Shown piece by piece: positions 49,897 to 62,196 of a stretch of 64,000 nt of DNA. This DNA is from an uncultured Gemmatimonadaceae bacterium (GTDB taxonomy: Bacteria > Gemmatimonadota > Gemmatimonadetes > Gemmatimonadales > Gemmatimonadaceae). The DNA lies in the NCBI GenBank assembly GCA_963817955.1, contig CAWFQK010000009.1, positions 64,001 through 128,000 on the forward strand. The letters run 5' to 3'. Every line of letters starts with the position of its first letter. Position 1 is the stretch's first letter. The translations under genes and the position numbers were made by a program. The notes under the pieces are model-generated. The model was not told where the DNA came from and did no database searches. It worked only from the letters and a program-made list of their open reading frames with translations.

Positions 49897-51906
49897 ATGA
49901 CCGAGCAGCCCGTCTGGACCCCATCACCCGAACAGGTCGCGCGGGCAAACCTGACTCGGTTCATTGAGCAGGTGCGCCGCATCGGTGCGCGTACCGCGTC
50001 GGTCACCGACGTTGAATCGTTGTACGCCTGGTCGGTGCGGGATCTGGAGTTGTTCTGGACAGAGGTGCGGCGATTCTGTGGGGTGATCACCGGCCCGCGC
50101 GATCCATCCATCGCCTGTGAGCGCGTGCTGATTGGACGCGACCGCGTCGCGCCGCCCGATCCGGAGGTCGGGCCGAGGTGGTTCGTCGGCACGCGCCTGA
50201 ATTTCGCCGAGAATCTGCTCCGGTACCGCGACGAGCGCGAAGCGATCGTCTTCTGGAACGAACTCGGGGCGCAGCGCCGGCTGACGTTTGCGGAGTTGTA
50301 CGATGAGGTTGCTCGTCTCGCAGTGGCGCTACGTGGCATGGGTGTTCAGGCGGGCGATCGCGTCGCCGGCTTCATGCCCAACCTGCCGGAGACGGTGATT
50401 GCCATGTTGGCCACCACGAGCCTCGGCGCGATCTGGTCGTCCTGCTCGCCGGATTTTGGCGCGAACGGCGTGCTCGACCGGTTCGGTCAGATCCAGCCGC
50501 GCGTGCTGTTCTGCGCCGATGCGTACCGCTACGGCGGACGGGAGATTGATTGTCTCGCCCGCGTTCGCGAGATCGCCGAACGCATTCCGCAGATCGAGCG
50601 CGTCGTCGTCGTACCATACCGCTCCGCCGACCCTCACATTGCATCGGTGCGAAACGCGGTGCTCTGGCAAGATTTCGCGCCGATCGCCGATCGTCCACCG
50701 TCCATCACCTTCGAGCATCTCCCGTTCGATCATCCGCTGTACATCCTGTACTCGTCGGGCACGACCGGACTGCCGAAGTGCATGGTGCATGGCGCCGGCG
50801 GCACACTGCTTCAGCATCTCAAGGAGCTGGTGCTGCACACCGACCTCACTCGCGACGATCGCATCTTCTACTTCACCACCTGTGGGTGGATGATGTGGAA
50901 CTGGCTCGTGTCGAGCCTCGCGGTGGGCGCGACGTTGGTGCTGTACGATGGCGCGCCGCTCATTCCTCACCGGCCCGTGCTGTGGGACATGGCCGCAAAG
51001 GAACGTGTCACCGTGTTCGGCACGAGCGCCAAGTGGATTGCTCTTCAGGAAAAAGCAGGACTGCACCCGCGTGAAACACACGATCTGAGCGCGCTCACAT
51101 CCATGCTGTCCACGGGCAGTCCGCTCGCCGCGAGCAGTTACGATTACGTGTACGCTCACGTGAAACCCAGCGTTCGTCTGAGCAGCATCAGCGGCGGCAC
51201 GGACATCATCTCCTGTTTTGCGCTTGGCAACCCGATCGGTCCCGTCTATCGCGGCGAGTTGCAGATGCGCGGTCTGGGGATGAAGGTCGACATCTTCGAT
51301 GACGATGGCCACTCGGTCGCGGGCCGGCCGGGAGAGCTCGTGTGCACCGCACCGTTTCCCAGCATGCCGGTGGCGTTCTGGAATGATCCCGATGGCGCGA
51401 AGTACCGGGCGGCGTACTTCGAGCGATATCCCAATGTCTGGTGTCATGGCGATTGGGCCGAGCTCACCGAGCACGGCGGCCTGATCATCACCGGCCGGAG
51501 CGACGCCACGCTCAATCCTGGTGGTGTGCGCATCGGCACTGCCGAGATCTACCGGCAAGTGGAGCAGCTTCCGGAGATCGTGGAGAGTGTCGTGATCGGC
51601 CAGGAGATCGCCAGCTCTGCGGGCCCCGACGTTCGCATTGTCCTCTTCGTGCGATTGGCGGATGGCGTGAGCCTTTCCGACGAGATCAAGGAGCGGATTC
51701 GATCTCAGATCCGGGCGAACGCGAGTCCGCACCACGTGCCCAAGAAGATCGTGCAGGTCGCCGACATTCCGCGCACGATCAGCGGCAAGATCACCGAGCT
51801 CGCGGTGCGCGACGTCGTGCATGGCCGCGCCGTCAGGAACACGGACGCGCTCGCCAACCCGCAGGCACTCGATCTGTTCCGTAACCTCGCGGAGCTCGCG
51901 ACCTGA
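49897..51906 (+). CDS. Acetoacetate-CoA ligase
   Basis: LNFAENLL, GAIWSSCSPDFG, YSSGTTGLPKCMVH, FTTCGWMMWNWLVS, SISGGTDI, GRSDATLNPGGVRIGTAEIY. Confidence 0.93.
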   Translation: MTEQPVWTPSPEQVARANLTRFIEQVRRIGARTASVTDVESLYAWSVRDLELFWTEVRRFCGVITGPRDPSIACERVLIGRDRVAPPDPEVGPRWFVGTRLNFAENLLRYRDEREAIVFWNELGAQRRLTFAELYDEVARLAVALRGMGVQAGDRVAGFMPNLPETVIAMLATTSLGAIWSSCSPDFGANGVLDRFGQIQPRVLFCADAYRYGGREIDCLARVREIAERIPQIERVVVVPYRSADPHIASVRNAVLWQDFAPIADRPPSITFEHLPFDHPLYILYSSGTTGLPKCMVHGAGGTLLQHLKELVLHTDLTRDDRIFYFTTCGWMMWNWLVSSLAVGATLVLYDGAPLIPHRPVLWDMAAKERVTVFGTSAKWIALQEKAGLHPRETHDLSALTSMLSTGSPLAASSYDYVYAHVKPSVRLSSISGGTDIISCFALGNPIGPVYRGELQMRGLGMKVDIFDDDGHSVAGRPGELVCTAPFPSMPVAFWNDPDGAKYRAAYFERYPNVWCHGDWAELTEHGGLIITGRSDATLNPGGVRIGTAEIYRQVEQLPEIVESVVIGQEIASSAGPDVRIVLFVRLADGVSLSDEIKERIRSQIRANASPHHVPKKIVQVADIPRTISGKITELAVRDVVHGRAVRNTDALANPQALDLFRNLAELAT

Positions 51907-52025
51907 TTCAGCCCGGCAGTCGCACTGTTTGACCTGGCCTCGCGTGGCGCTAGCATTTCGTGAGCGGCCGTGCCGCAGCCGATGTCGGGGCGAGGCCGAG
52001 AGACGACTCTAGCAGCGGAGATTCC

Positions 52026-53156
<1,131 letters not shown>

Positions 53157-53157
<1 letters not shown>

Positions 53158-54357
53158 TGCCCATCTACCACACGCTCGGAGAGATCCCGCGAAAGCGGCA
53201 CACGTCTTTCCGGCAACCCGAACGGCGCGCTCTATGCCGAGGAGTTGATGGGACACGAGGGCTTCACGGGGACGTCGTCGCTGCTCTACCACATGCATCC
53301 GCCGACGACGGTGAAGTCGGCGCGCCGGATCCGCGACGATGGCGTATGAAGCCGATCCGGACCGCACGCTGAGGCACCGGCATTTCCTCACGGCGCGCGC
53401 GCGCAAGGGCGGGAGCCCGACGCTCGATCGCACCCGATGCTGTTCAACGACGACGTCGCGATGCTCTACGTGGAGCCCGACGAGCAGGACGAGCATTTCT
53501 ATCGGAACGCGCAGTGCGATGAGGTGGTGTACGTGGCGAAGGGCGCTGGGACGCTCGAGTCGGTGTTCGGTGACTTGCCGTTCTGGCGAAGGCGACTATC
53601 TCGTCATCCATCGCGGCATCCTCCATCGGTACCGGTTCGACATGTCGAAGGAGCAGCCGAAGCTGCTCGTCATGGAGAGCCGCGGCCACGTGCGTACGCC
53701 GAAGCGCTACCGCAATGAGTTCGGCCAGCTCATGGAAGGCGCGCCGTATTCCGAGCGCGACATTCCGCGCGCCCGCTGTTGCTCACTACGCACGACGAGA
53801 TGGGCGACTTCCGTCTCTTCGTGAAGCAGTACGACGGCATCAACGAGTTCATGCTCGACCATCATCCGTTCGACGTGGTGGGCTGGGACGGGTACTTCTA
53901 CCCGTGGGCCTTCAACATCCACGACTTCGAGCCGATCGTCGGCCGCGTCCATCAGCCGCCGCCCGTGCACCAGACGTTTCCAGGGCGACGGGTTCGTCGT
54001 CTGCTCGTTCTGTCCGCGGCCATACGACTTCGATCCGAGCGCCGTGCCCGCGCCCTACAACCACAGCAACGTGGATTCAGACGAAGTGCTGTACTACGCG
54101 TCGAGCGAGTTCATGAGCCGTAAGGGCATCGAGTTCGGCAGCGATCACCCACCATCCCGACGGGATTCCGCACGGGCCCCATCCCGGGCCGCGCCGAGGC
54201 ATCGATCGGCGCGAAGGGCACGAACGAGCTCGCCGTGATGATGGACAGCTTCCGGCCACTCAAGGTCGCCAAGCAGGCGCTCGCATTCGAGGATCCGAAC
54301 TACTACAAGAGTTGGATCGACGAGCAGTACACTGGATTCAATCCGCCCACCACGTAG
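53157..54357 (+). CDS. hmgA: Homogentisate 1,2-dioxygenase, frameshifted
   Basis: MPIYHTLGEIPRKRHT, HHPFDVVGWDGY, HQPPPVHQTF, CSFCPR, PYNHSNVDSDEVLYY, ELAVMMDSFRPL. Confidence 0.88.
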
Positions 54358-54378
54358 CGTGAGCAGCTGTCATGGTGA

Positions 54379-54411
54379 CGGGACACGGGACACGGGACAC
54401 GGGACACGAGA
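54379..54411 (+). repeat. Heptamer tandem repeat (CGGGACA)x4 between convergent genes
   Basis: Four perfect CGGGACA units plus CGAGA. Confidence 0.85.
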
Positions 54412-54422
54412 ACTGAGCAGGA

Positions 54423-55070
54423 TCACCCGAACTGACGCGTGAATTCCTCGAAGCGCGCGCGAAGGTCCGCCAATTCGCCGCGCAGCCCCTCGACCATTGC
54501 TTCGAGCGCGGCAATCCGCTCATCGCCGCCCGGAATGCGAACTGCCCGAGGAGCAATCGTGGTGCGATCCTCGGCTACCGCGTCCCCTGATAGCCGGTGC
54601 GCGTACCGCGCCTCCTTCTGTCCCGGGCGTATCGCCAACTGCACCACGAGCTCTCGCGCAACCAACGACGCCAAAGTCTCCTCGATGTCGGCCACGCTCG
54701 CAAACTCGGCGAGCCGGCCCGTCCTTCCCTTGATCTCGCCCGCTGTCTGGGGCCCGCGCAGCATCAGCACGCACATCACTGCCAGCGCAGGTGCGTCGAG
54801 ATTCATCGCATCCGTCATGAGATGCTGGTACTTCATGACGCGCGAATCGCTGCGGTGGATGGCGCGGACGAGTGAGTGCTGCCGCAGGTTATTGATCGCC
54901 CACCGCACGGCGTCTTCGCCCAATTCCATGACCGGGTCGCGGTTGGACGACTGGTTGCACGCGTTCACCAGCGCATTCAGCGACAGCGGATAGGCGTCCG
55001 GTGTCGTGGACTCCTTCTCGATGAGGGAACCGAGAATACGGACTTCGACATCGGTGAGTATGAGCGGCAT
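54423..55070 (-). CDS. yceH: YceH/DUF480 family protein
   Basis: EVRILGSLIEKESTTPDAYPLSLNALVNACNQSSNRDPVM, LMLRGPQTAGE, PGQKEARYAH. Confidence 0.9.
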   Translation of the reverse strand: MPLILTDVEVRILGSLIEKESTTPDAYPLSLNALVNACNQSSNRDPVMELGEDAVRWAINNLRQHSLVRAIHRSDSRVMKYQHLMTDAMNLDAPALAVMCVLMLRGPQTAGEIKGRTGRLAEFASVADIEETLASLVARELVVQLAIRPGQKEARYAHRLSGDAVAEDRTTIAPRAVRIPGGDERIAALEAMVEGLRGELADLRARFEEFTRQFG

Positions 55071-55083
55071 GGAGAGAAAGTAA

Positions 55084-55128
55084 CGAGAGACGGGAGACGA
55101 GACACGGGAGACGTCTCCCGTCTCCCGT
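55084..55128. repeat. Heptamer repeats in inverted arrangement forming a hairpin
   Basis: CGAGAGA CGGGAGA CGAGACA CGGGAGA CG TCTCCCG TCTCCCG. Confidence 0.8.
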
Positions 55129-55133
55129 CAGCG

Positions 55134-57972
55134 TTACTCCGCCGCCAACAGCATCTCGAGCTCCTCCCGCCCGATCTTCGCCAGCACGCCCTGATCCGCG
55201 CCGAGAATCGCGTCGGCAAGTGCGCGCTTGGATGCCTGCAACTCCAGCACCTTCTCTTCGATCGTCGCTCGCGCCACGAGTCGCGTTGCGATCACGCGCC
55301 GCGTCTGGCCGATGCGATGCGCGCGGTCGATCGCCTGCGCTTCGACAGCCGGATTCCACCAGGGGTCGAGGAGGTACACGTAGTCTGCCGCCGTCAGATT
55401 GAGTCCGTGGCCGCCGGCCTTCAGGCTCACGAGGAACAGCGGCGGCCCGTCCGCGGCCTGAAAATGGTCCACGCGTTGTTCGCGGTCGCGCGTCTGGCCG
55501 TCCAGGTACTCATACGGAATGCCCGCCGCGTCGAGGCGCCAGCGAACGAGGGCGAGAAAGCTCGTGAACTGCGAGAACACCACGGCCTTATGACCTTCGG
55601 CGACGATCTCCTCGAGTGCCGGCACCAGCGCATCGAGCTTCGCGCTCGGCAAATGCACCCTGGTCGAGTCGGCGAGTACCGGGTGGCAGGCTGCCTGGCG
55701 CAGGCGGAGGAGTGCCTCCAGGATGTGCATGCGCGCGCCGCCGATGCCAATTTGATCAACGCGATCGAACACCGTCGCCCGAGTCTGGACGAGCAGATCC
55801 ATGTAGAACTTACGCTGCGGCGGTGTGAGATCCACGTACAGTGTTTGCTCAATGCGTTCAGGCAGCTCGGGTGTCACCTGCTCTTTGGTGCGGCGCAGGA
55901 TGACGGGCCGGAGCGCCCGCTTCAGAATTTCCCGCCCCGCGAGCCGGTCATCCACCGTCGGGTCCGATGCCAGGTCCGCCATGAGCCCGAACGTCGAGGC
56001 GGCGCCGAGCATACCGGGATTCAAGAACTCGATCAAGCTCCAGAGCTCCTGTAGCCGGTTCTCGATCGGCGTGCCGCTGAGCGCGAGGCGATGCCGCGCG
56101 CGCAGCAGGCGCGCGGCCTTGGCGGATCCCGTGTTGGGGTTCTTGATCGCCTGTGCCTCGTCGAGGATGGCATACTCGAACTCGATGCCGCTGAGATCCA
56201 CGATGTCGCGTCGCAGTGTGCCGTACGTCGTGAGCACCACGTCCACGGCACTCGGGTCGATCTCGCTGATGCGCCGCCGCGCGTTACTGAAGTCGATCAG
56301 CCTGAGCGATGGCGTGAATCGCGACGCCTCGCGCGCCCAATTGAAGACCAGCGAACGGGGCACGACGATGATCGAAGGCCGTCGCGCGTGGCTCTCGTTA
56401 TCTCCGGCGGCAGATACACGCAACGAGTCGAGTAGCGCGAGCACCTGCACGGTCTTCCCCAGGCCCATGTCGTCGGCCAAACAGCCGCCCAGTCCGAACT
56501 CGCGCAGGAACTGCAACCAGCCGAGCCCCTCTCGTTGGTATTCGCGGAGTGTTCCGACGAAGCTCGGCGCGGCATCTATGGGTGACACGCCGCTGAAGTC
56601 GTGGATCCGGGTCCGTGCTGTCTGGAACGTTTCATCGACCGATGCCTCCGGCATGGTCGTGAGCAGCGCGTCGAGCAGGCCAACCTGTGACCGTGTGAAT
56701 CGCGTCACGTTCGCCAACGACGATCCGGCGGCGAGCACCGGTCCGAGGCGTGACAGCCACTCCAGGGGGAGCAGCCCGACACTGCCATCGGAGAGAGTCA
56801 CCGTTGTCTGCCGCCTGCGCAGCGCATCCAGCAGGGCAGGGAGTGGCGCGACGACGCCGTCATATTCCACCACCAAGTCGAGATCGAACCAATCGATACC
56901 CGAACGCACCTCGGCGCGCGTCGCACCCGGCGTGCGGTATCGGATGCCGGCTCGCGTCGAGGCCCCACCCCTCGCGGACGAGCTCCACGACGAGCGGGGC
57001 GAGCTTGTTCTTCGGGATCGTGAGCCGCGCGGAATTCGGCGTGAAGTCCAGAGGTTCGCGTGCGCCGGAGGCCATGAGCCGATTCCGCGCTTCACGCTCT
57101 GCCTCACGATCCCGGCGGTACAACGTGAGGTGTCCCTTGTCGAAAACGGTTTCGTGTGGATGATCGCTTTGGATCCGCACGGTCCCATACTGAAACCCCA
57201 ACACCAGTGCCGGTGGAGGCTTCCTCCAGGGCGACGGATCGGGTGTGATCGAGAGCCACGGCCGCGGCGAGCCCTGCTGCTCTGCGATGGAGATATCGTC
57301 CGGGAGCGCAATGACCGGCGGATGCGGGAGTGCGTACAACGTCTCGAGCAGATCGGGCAATTCCCCTTCGGCAAGCGGCACTCGCGGCACCGCACGCAGG
57401 GTAGCGGCAATCATGAATGCGCCGCCGTGGTCGAAGCGGGCGAACGTATCGTCTACATAAAGCACGCCTGAGGGGTGAAGCACGAGCGGCGTGGAGAGCG
57501 CCATCGTTTCGTCATCGCGCGACAGGGCGCCGCTGAGGATGCCTGCTCCTGTTTCGTCTCGGTGGACGCGGAGCTCGAGTCGCCAGGGCTCACCGGCGTC
57601 CCAGCCTGCGGCCTTGCGCTGCCGGTCGCTAGCGGACAGCTGAAGATGACATCGACCGGTGGCGCATATGGCGGCGAGCGTCGTGTCGAACGCTCTGTCG
57701 CGGAGCATGAAACTCGACGTCATCGGCGTTCTGCCCGACCGATATTCGTCGATGCGGGGGCCGAGCAGCAACCGCGCGATGTCGCGGTCTGCGGGATCGG
57801 GCGCGGCGAGCCAGGCGTCGGCGCTGAGGCGAAGCGGGGGCGAGTCGGGCGATGCGTGGCCGGGCGTGACCGTTTCGGTCGTTACTTCCACGCAGAGCCC
57901 CTCGGCGTGCGAGCGGGCGGCGGGATCGACGACGTAGATCAGCCGGACATTTTCCGGGAAGGGATCCGGCAT
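55134..57972 (-). CDS. SNF2-family (DEAD/DEAH-like) helicase, one frameshift near 56950
   Basis: LREYQREGLGWL, CLADDMGLGKT, LDEAQAIKN, LSGTPIENRL, VFSQFT, SLKAGGHGLNLTAAD, QAIDRAHRIGQ; N-terminal part lies in the 56860..58020 frame. Confidence 0.88.
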
Positions 57973-57985
57973 GCATGGAAGATAA

Positions 57986-58025
57986 TAGACACGAGACACG
58001 GGACACGAGACACGAGACACGGGAT
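57986..58025 (+). repeat. Heptamer tandem repeat in a divergent promoter region
   Basis: TAGACA CGAGACA CGGGACA CGAGACA CGAGACA CGGGA. Confidence 0.85.
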
Positions 58026-58074
58026 GCCTGTCATCATTCTGGCTGCTGGGCGAGGTCTACTGTAACTTTGTCTC

Positions 58075-59256
58075 ATGCCCTCCATCCTTTCTCCAGAGAA
58101 GTCGCTCTCGCTCGTGCCCGATCTCGCGCGCACCACGAATCCATCGGTGTGGGTCTACCGATTCAAGCATCCGCAGCAGGCATGGACACTCAGCATTGCG
58201 ACGCACGCCGAGCCGGGGTCGGACAAACTCTCGCTCGGCGGCTTTCGTATTGCGCCGCGGGAGCGGACGGACGCGGTGGGATTCGATCCGGATCGTGAGG
58301 CCGTTGGTCTTGCGATGGGAATGGAGGAGAAGGTCTACTGGTCGCGACTCATCGACGTCGGAGGGCCGCTCGCGCGGCGGGACATGAGCCGCATCGTGGG
58401 TGGAAAATGCGTCCTCAACCCCACCGCCGACTCGCGCGTGGGACAACCGCGCGATTTCGAGATGCTCGATTGGGCCATCGAGTGCTTTCGCGCCTTCGAA
58501 TCGAAGGCGGGTGTGCGCCTCACGACCGGCCAGGATCTCGGGCATGGTTGCATGTCCGACGGAAAGACTCAATCGCTCGACTATCTGAGCGAGCGCTTTG
58601 CCGGCAGTGTTCGCGCCGACACGTCGAAGCCGACCGGAGAAGGGAACTACTTCGTACTCCAGGGCATGCTACGTGGCGTCGGGATTCCGATCGAGCGCGC
58701 AACGGTGGGGCTCATTGGCGTGGGCAACATCGGCCAGCACATGTTCGAACGCCTGAATGCGGTTGGGGCCCGGGTCATCGCTGTCGAAGCGCGCGAAGAT
58801 CGCCGCGCGCCGCTCATTGCCGCCGGACACGTCGCCTGGCCCGCCACGCAGAAAGCCCAACTGCTCCGGCAGCCGATCGACGCACTCGTCGTCAACGCTG
58901 CTGGAGGCTCTCTCGATTCGGCCACCATCAACCAGTGCGTGGCGAACCCGCGACTCAAGGTGATCTGCGGTTCCGAGAACCTCGTCATGCCGAACGCTGA
59001 TGACGCCACCCGTCTGCGCATCGCAAAGAAATCGTATTGCCCCACGGAGCTCGGCGGCATGATGGGCTATCTCACCGCGGTAGAAGAGTTCCTTGCGCAC
59101 CTGGAGCACGTGCCATTCGACGTACGCGCACTGTACGAAGCCGCGAAGCTTCTCGAGCCGGCGGCGTACCGCGCTACGGCGCTCCAGGAGCAACGCTCGT
59201 ATGCGATCAGTTTCGAAGACGCGATACGCTCGATATTCGGTCCCGGCGTGGTCTGA
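58075..59256 (+). CDS. Divergent Glu/Leu/Phe/Val dehydrogenase-family protein
   Basis: SLGGFRI, LAMGMEEK, VGGKCVL, TTGQDLG, DTSKPTGEG, GVGNIG, ICGSEN. Confidence 0.7.
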   Translation: MPSILSPEKSLSLVPDLARTTNPSVWVYRFKHPQQAWTLSIATHAEPGSDKLSLGGFRIAPRERTDAVGFDPDREAVGLAMGMEEKVYWSRLIDVGGPLARRDMSRIVGGKCVLNPTADSRVGQPRDFEMLDWAIECFRAFESKAGVRLTTGQDLGHGCMSDGKTQSLDYLSERFAGSVRADTSKPTGEGNYFVLQGMLRGVGIPIERATVGLIGVGNIGQHMFERLNAVGARVIAVEAREDRRAPLIAAGHVAWPATQKAQLLRQPIDALVVNAAGGSLDSATINQCVANPRLKVICGSENLVMPNADDATRLRIAKKSYCPTELGGMMGYLTAVEEFLAHLEHVPFDVRALYEAAKLLEPAAYRATALQEQRSYAISFEDAIRSIFGPGVV

Positions 59257-59259
59257 TCG

Positions 59260-60039
59260 TCACGCCCGCGACGCGAAAGCCGCGATCGCGCTACGGGTGT
59301 AGTCCGAGAGCACGAGTGTGCCGCTCATCGCGGCGCGCTCTTCGAGAAGGCGCGGCCACGCATCGGTTCCTCGCCACGTCATGCGCTTGATGCGCGCCAC
59401 GGCGTCAGGATTCGCCGCGGCGACCGAGCGTGCGATCCCATCTACGGCACGGTCGAGCGCATCGACGTCATCTACGACTCGCGCGTACAAGCCGTGACGC
59501 TCGCCCCATGAGGCGTCGCGCCACTCGGTGTCGATCGTCATCGCGGCGAACGGGCCCCCGCCGATCTTGCGCTCGATCACCGGCCCCACTACGAATGGAC
59601 CAATGCCGATCGCGAGCTCGCTCAGTCGCAGCGACGCCTGCTGCGTCGCGATGGCATAGTCCGACGCCGCCACCAACCCGACGCCGCCCCCCACCGCCTT
59701 GCCGTGAACCCGCGTCACGATGGCCTTGGGGCAACTCGTCATGGCGATGATGACACGCGCAAACCCCATGAAGAATTCCTTGCCGGCCGCGCGATTGGCG
59801 ATCGCCGTGAGCTCGTCGAACGACGCACCGGCGCAGAACGCGCCTGTGCCGTAGCTGCGGAGCACGATCACGCGCACGTCGTCGCGCGTGGCGAGGGCGT
59901 TGATTTCGTGCGCCAGCGCGGCGAGCACCGTTGCCGGAAGCGAGTTGCTCTTCGGATGACCGAACGCCACGTCGGCCACGCCGTCGATCACAAAGGTCGA
60001 CACCATGCCGCTGGGCGCGAGAGCGGGATGTGCGGTCAT
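59260..60039 (-). CDS. Enoyl-CoA hydratase/isomerase family protein
   Basis: AFCAGASFDEL, GKAVGGGVGLVAASDY, LSELAIGIGPFV. Confidence 0.9.
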   Translation of the reverse strand: MTAHPALAPSGMVSTFVIDGVADVAFGHPKSNSLPATVLAALAHEINALATRDDVRVIVLRSYGTGAFCAGASFDELTAIANRAAGKEFFMGFARVIIAMTSCPKAIVTRVHGKAVGGGVGLVAASDYAIATQQASLRLSELAIGIGPFVVGPVIERKIGGGPFAAMTIDTEWRDASWGERHGLYARVVDDVDALDRAVDGIARSVAAANPDAVARIKRMTWRGTDAWPRLLEERAAMSGTLVLSDYTRSAIAAFASRA

Positions 60040-60064
60040 GGTGTGCAACGACGCGTGCATGCCA

Positions 60065-60794
60065 TCACTGGCCGAGGTGGACGCGCAAGCCGGCGCGGAA
60101 AGCGCCGAGCGTCGTATTCTTGAGCACATCGCAGCCGCTCTGAGTGCAGGCGCCGCCCGGCGTCGGCAGTCCCTGCGCGAGACCGGTGAATGCGTAGGTG
60201 TACGTCGCTTCTCCGAAAATCGCAGTTCGGCCGGCGATCTGGCGATCCACACCAGTGCTGATGTTAAAGGTCGCGCCCGTGCGACGCTGCTGTGACGTGG
60301 TGGACGTCGAACCGTTCGACGTGTAGGTCACTGTGCCGGGTTGAAAACTCAGAAAACCAAACCCGGCATTCACAAAGGGCATGACGTATGGCGACGGAAT
60401 TCTGACGCGCAGATTGGCGGCGATGGAGAAGACCTGTGCAGACGACCCGCTCGCCGACGTCGCTGCTGCCCCCCCCGTCGGCGTCCGGAAGTCGGAGAGG
60501 AACTGCGGTGCGTTCAGTGGCAGCCTCGCGTAATCCATGCTCAACCCAAAGCCGCTCAGGCTCACGTCACGCGATCCGCTTCCCCAGTTTTCCCACACCA
60601 GGCTGACCGCGTTGCCCCGGTCCCATTCGCGCAGGGTGCCCTGTGGATGCAGGGGAGAGGTTACGCCGGCCGACACGCGCAGGTAGTCGCCCCCGGTGAG
60701 CCCCCCGGCCATGTCTCTGGCATCCTGCGCGCGTGCGACCTGGAGCGGACGCGATCGATACAAGCAGTGGCACGAATAACAGACGAGCACGCAT
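60065..60794 (-). CDS. Outer-membrane beta-barrel-like exported protein; probable frameshift in the signal peptide
   Basis: Alternating beta-strand pattern, MPFVNAGFG, C-terminal FRAGLRVHLG; signal-like MRARLLFVPLLVSIASA in the adjacent frame. Confidence 0.6.
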
Positions 60795-60910
60795 TCGACC
60801 TCGACGGTAATGGACCGAACTGGAATCTATTCGGGCGCGTCTGCTGGCGACTAGATTGCGAGCACGAGCCCACGGCGGTTGCGGCAGTTTCTTGACGCGG
60901 AGTCCAGGCC

Positions 60911-61879
60911 ATGGCCAACCAATCGGTTGAAAGTGCTCCGACGGCAGAGGATTCCGCGCAGATCGCGGAATTCGAGGCACGGATTGCCCGCGGTGACAGC
61001 ATCGAGCCCAAGGACTGGATGCCGGTGCGCTACCGCAAGCAGCTCATTCGGATGATGTCGCAACATGCGCATTCCGAAGTCGTGGGCATGCTGCCGGAAG
61101 GCAACTGGATCACGAGGGCGCCGAGCCTGCGGCGCAAGGCGGCGCTCATCGCCAAGGTGCAGGACGAGGCCGGCCACGGTCTGTACATCTACTGCGCCAC
61201 GGAGACGCTCGGCGTCGATCGCCAACAGCTGATCGAGCAACTACTCGCCGGCACGGCGAAGTACTCCAGCATCTTCAACTATCCCACCTTGTCGTGGGCG
61301 GACATTGGCTGCATTGGCTGGTTCGTGGATGGGGCGGCGATCGTCAATCAGACGATGTTGGCGCATGCGAGCTACGGACCGTACGCGCGTGCGATGGTGC
61401 GGATCTGCAAGGAAGAGAACTTCCACAAGCGTCAGGGCTACGAGATCATGGCGACGCTGGCCAGCGGCACGCCCGAGCAGCGTGACATGGCACAGGGCGC
61501 GGTGAATCGGTGGTGGTGGCCGTCACTCATGATGTTCGGCCCGCCCGACAGCCAATCGTCGAATTCTGACGAGCTGATGCGGTGGGGCGTGAAGAAGAAG
61601 AGCAATGACGAGCTCCGACAGCGATTCGTCGACCTGACCGTTCGGCAGGCCAAGGCGATCAACGTCACCCTTCCTGATCCTCACCTCACGTACAACGAGG
61701 AGACGGAGCACTGGGATTTCGGCCCGATAGACTGGGACGAGTTCAGGCGCGTGGTTCAGGGCGATGGACCGTGCAACCGCGAGCGCCTGGCGGCGCGCCG
61801 CCAGGCACACGCCGACGGGGAGTGGGTGCGCTTGGCCGCCGTGGCGTACGCCGACAAACATCACCAGGAACGACGATGA
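60911..61879 (+). CDS. paaA: Phenylacetyl-CoA epoxidase subunit A
   Basis: [67 protein letters not shown]. Confidence 0.96.
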   Translation: MANQSVESAPTAEDSAQIAEFEARIARGDSIEPKDWMPVRYRKQLIRMMSQHAHSEVVGMLPEGNWITRAPSLRRKAALIAKVQDEAGHGLYIYCATETLGVDRQQLIEQLLAGTAKYSSIFNYPTLSWADIGCIGWFVDGAAIVNQTMLAHASYGPYARAMVRICKEENFHKRQGYEIMATLASGTPEQRDMAQGAVNRWWWPSLMMFGPPDSQSSNSDELMRWGVKKKSNDELRQRFVDLTVRQAKAINVTLPDPHLTYNEETEHWDFGPIDWDEFRRVVQGDGPCNRERLAARRQAHADGEWVRLAAVAYADKHHQERR

Positions 61880-62178
61880 ACGACGCGAGGACTGCCGACT
61901 CCCAGTGGCCGCTCTGGGAGGTCTTCCTGCAGCCGCCCAAGGGGGCGGCACACGAGCACGCCGGCAGCGTGCACGCCGTCACCGCGGAGCAGGCGCTCCA
62001 GAACGCGCGCGACGTATACGCTCGCCGCGGCGAGACCGTGAACATCTGGGTGGTGCCGAGCGCGGCGATCACCGCATCGACGCCCGAGGACATGGGGCCA
62101 TTCTTCGACCCGGGAAACGACAAGCCGTACCGGCACCCGCAGTTCTACAAGGTGCCCCGTGGGGTAAAAGTATTCTAA
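61876..62178 (+). CDS. paaB: Phenylacetyl-CoA epoxidase subunit B
   Basis: [42 protein letters not shown]. Confidence 0.95.
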   Translation: MNDARTADSQWPLWEVFLQPPKGAAHEHAGSVHAVTAEQALQNARDVYARRGETVNIWVVPSAAITASTPEDMGPFFDPGNDKPYRHPQFYKVPRGVKVF

Positions 62179-62196
62179 TGCAAAGGTCCATACGCC

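Noticed and set aside
54379..54411. CRISPR array from the short repeats
   Set aside because: 7-bp tandem units without spacers, and no cas genes.
56930..56970. Programmed frameshift in the SNF2 helicase
   Set aside because: No slippery heptamer is visible; a single-base error is simpler given the other indels in this sequence.
55825..57471. Long antisense ORFs such as this 548-aa frame (also 18833-20131 and 50329-51822)
   Set aside because: Shadow frames of real genes in high-GC DNA, with no recognisable motifs.
55134..57972. SNF2 helicase as part of an anti-phage system
   Set aside because: No methylase, nuclease or other defence genes are adjacent; the neighbours are metabolic or housekeeping genes.
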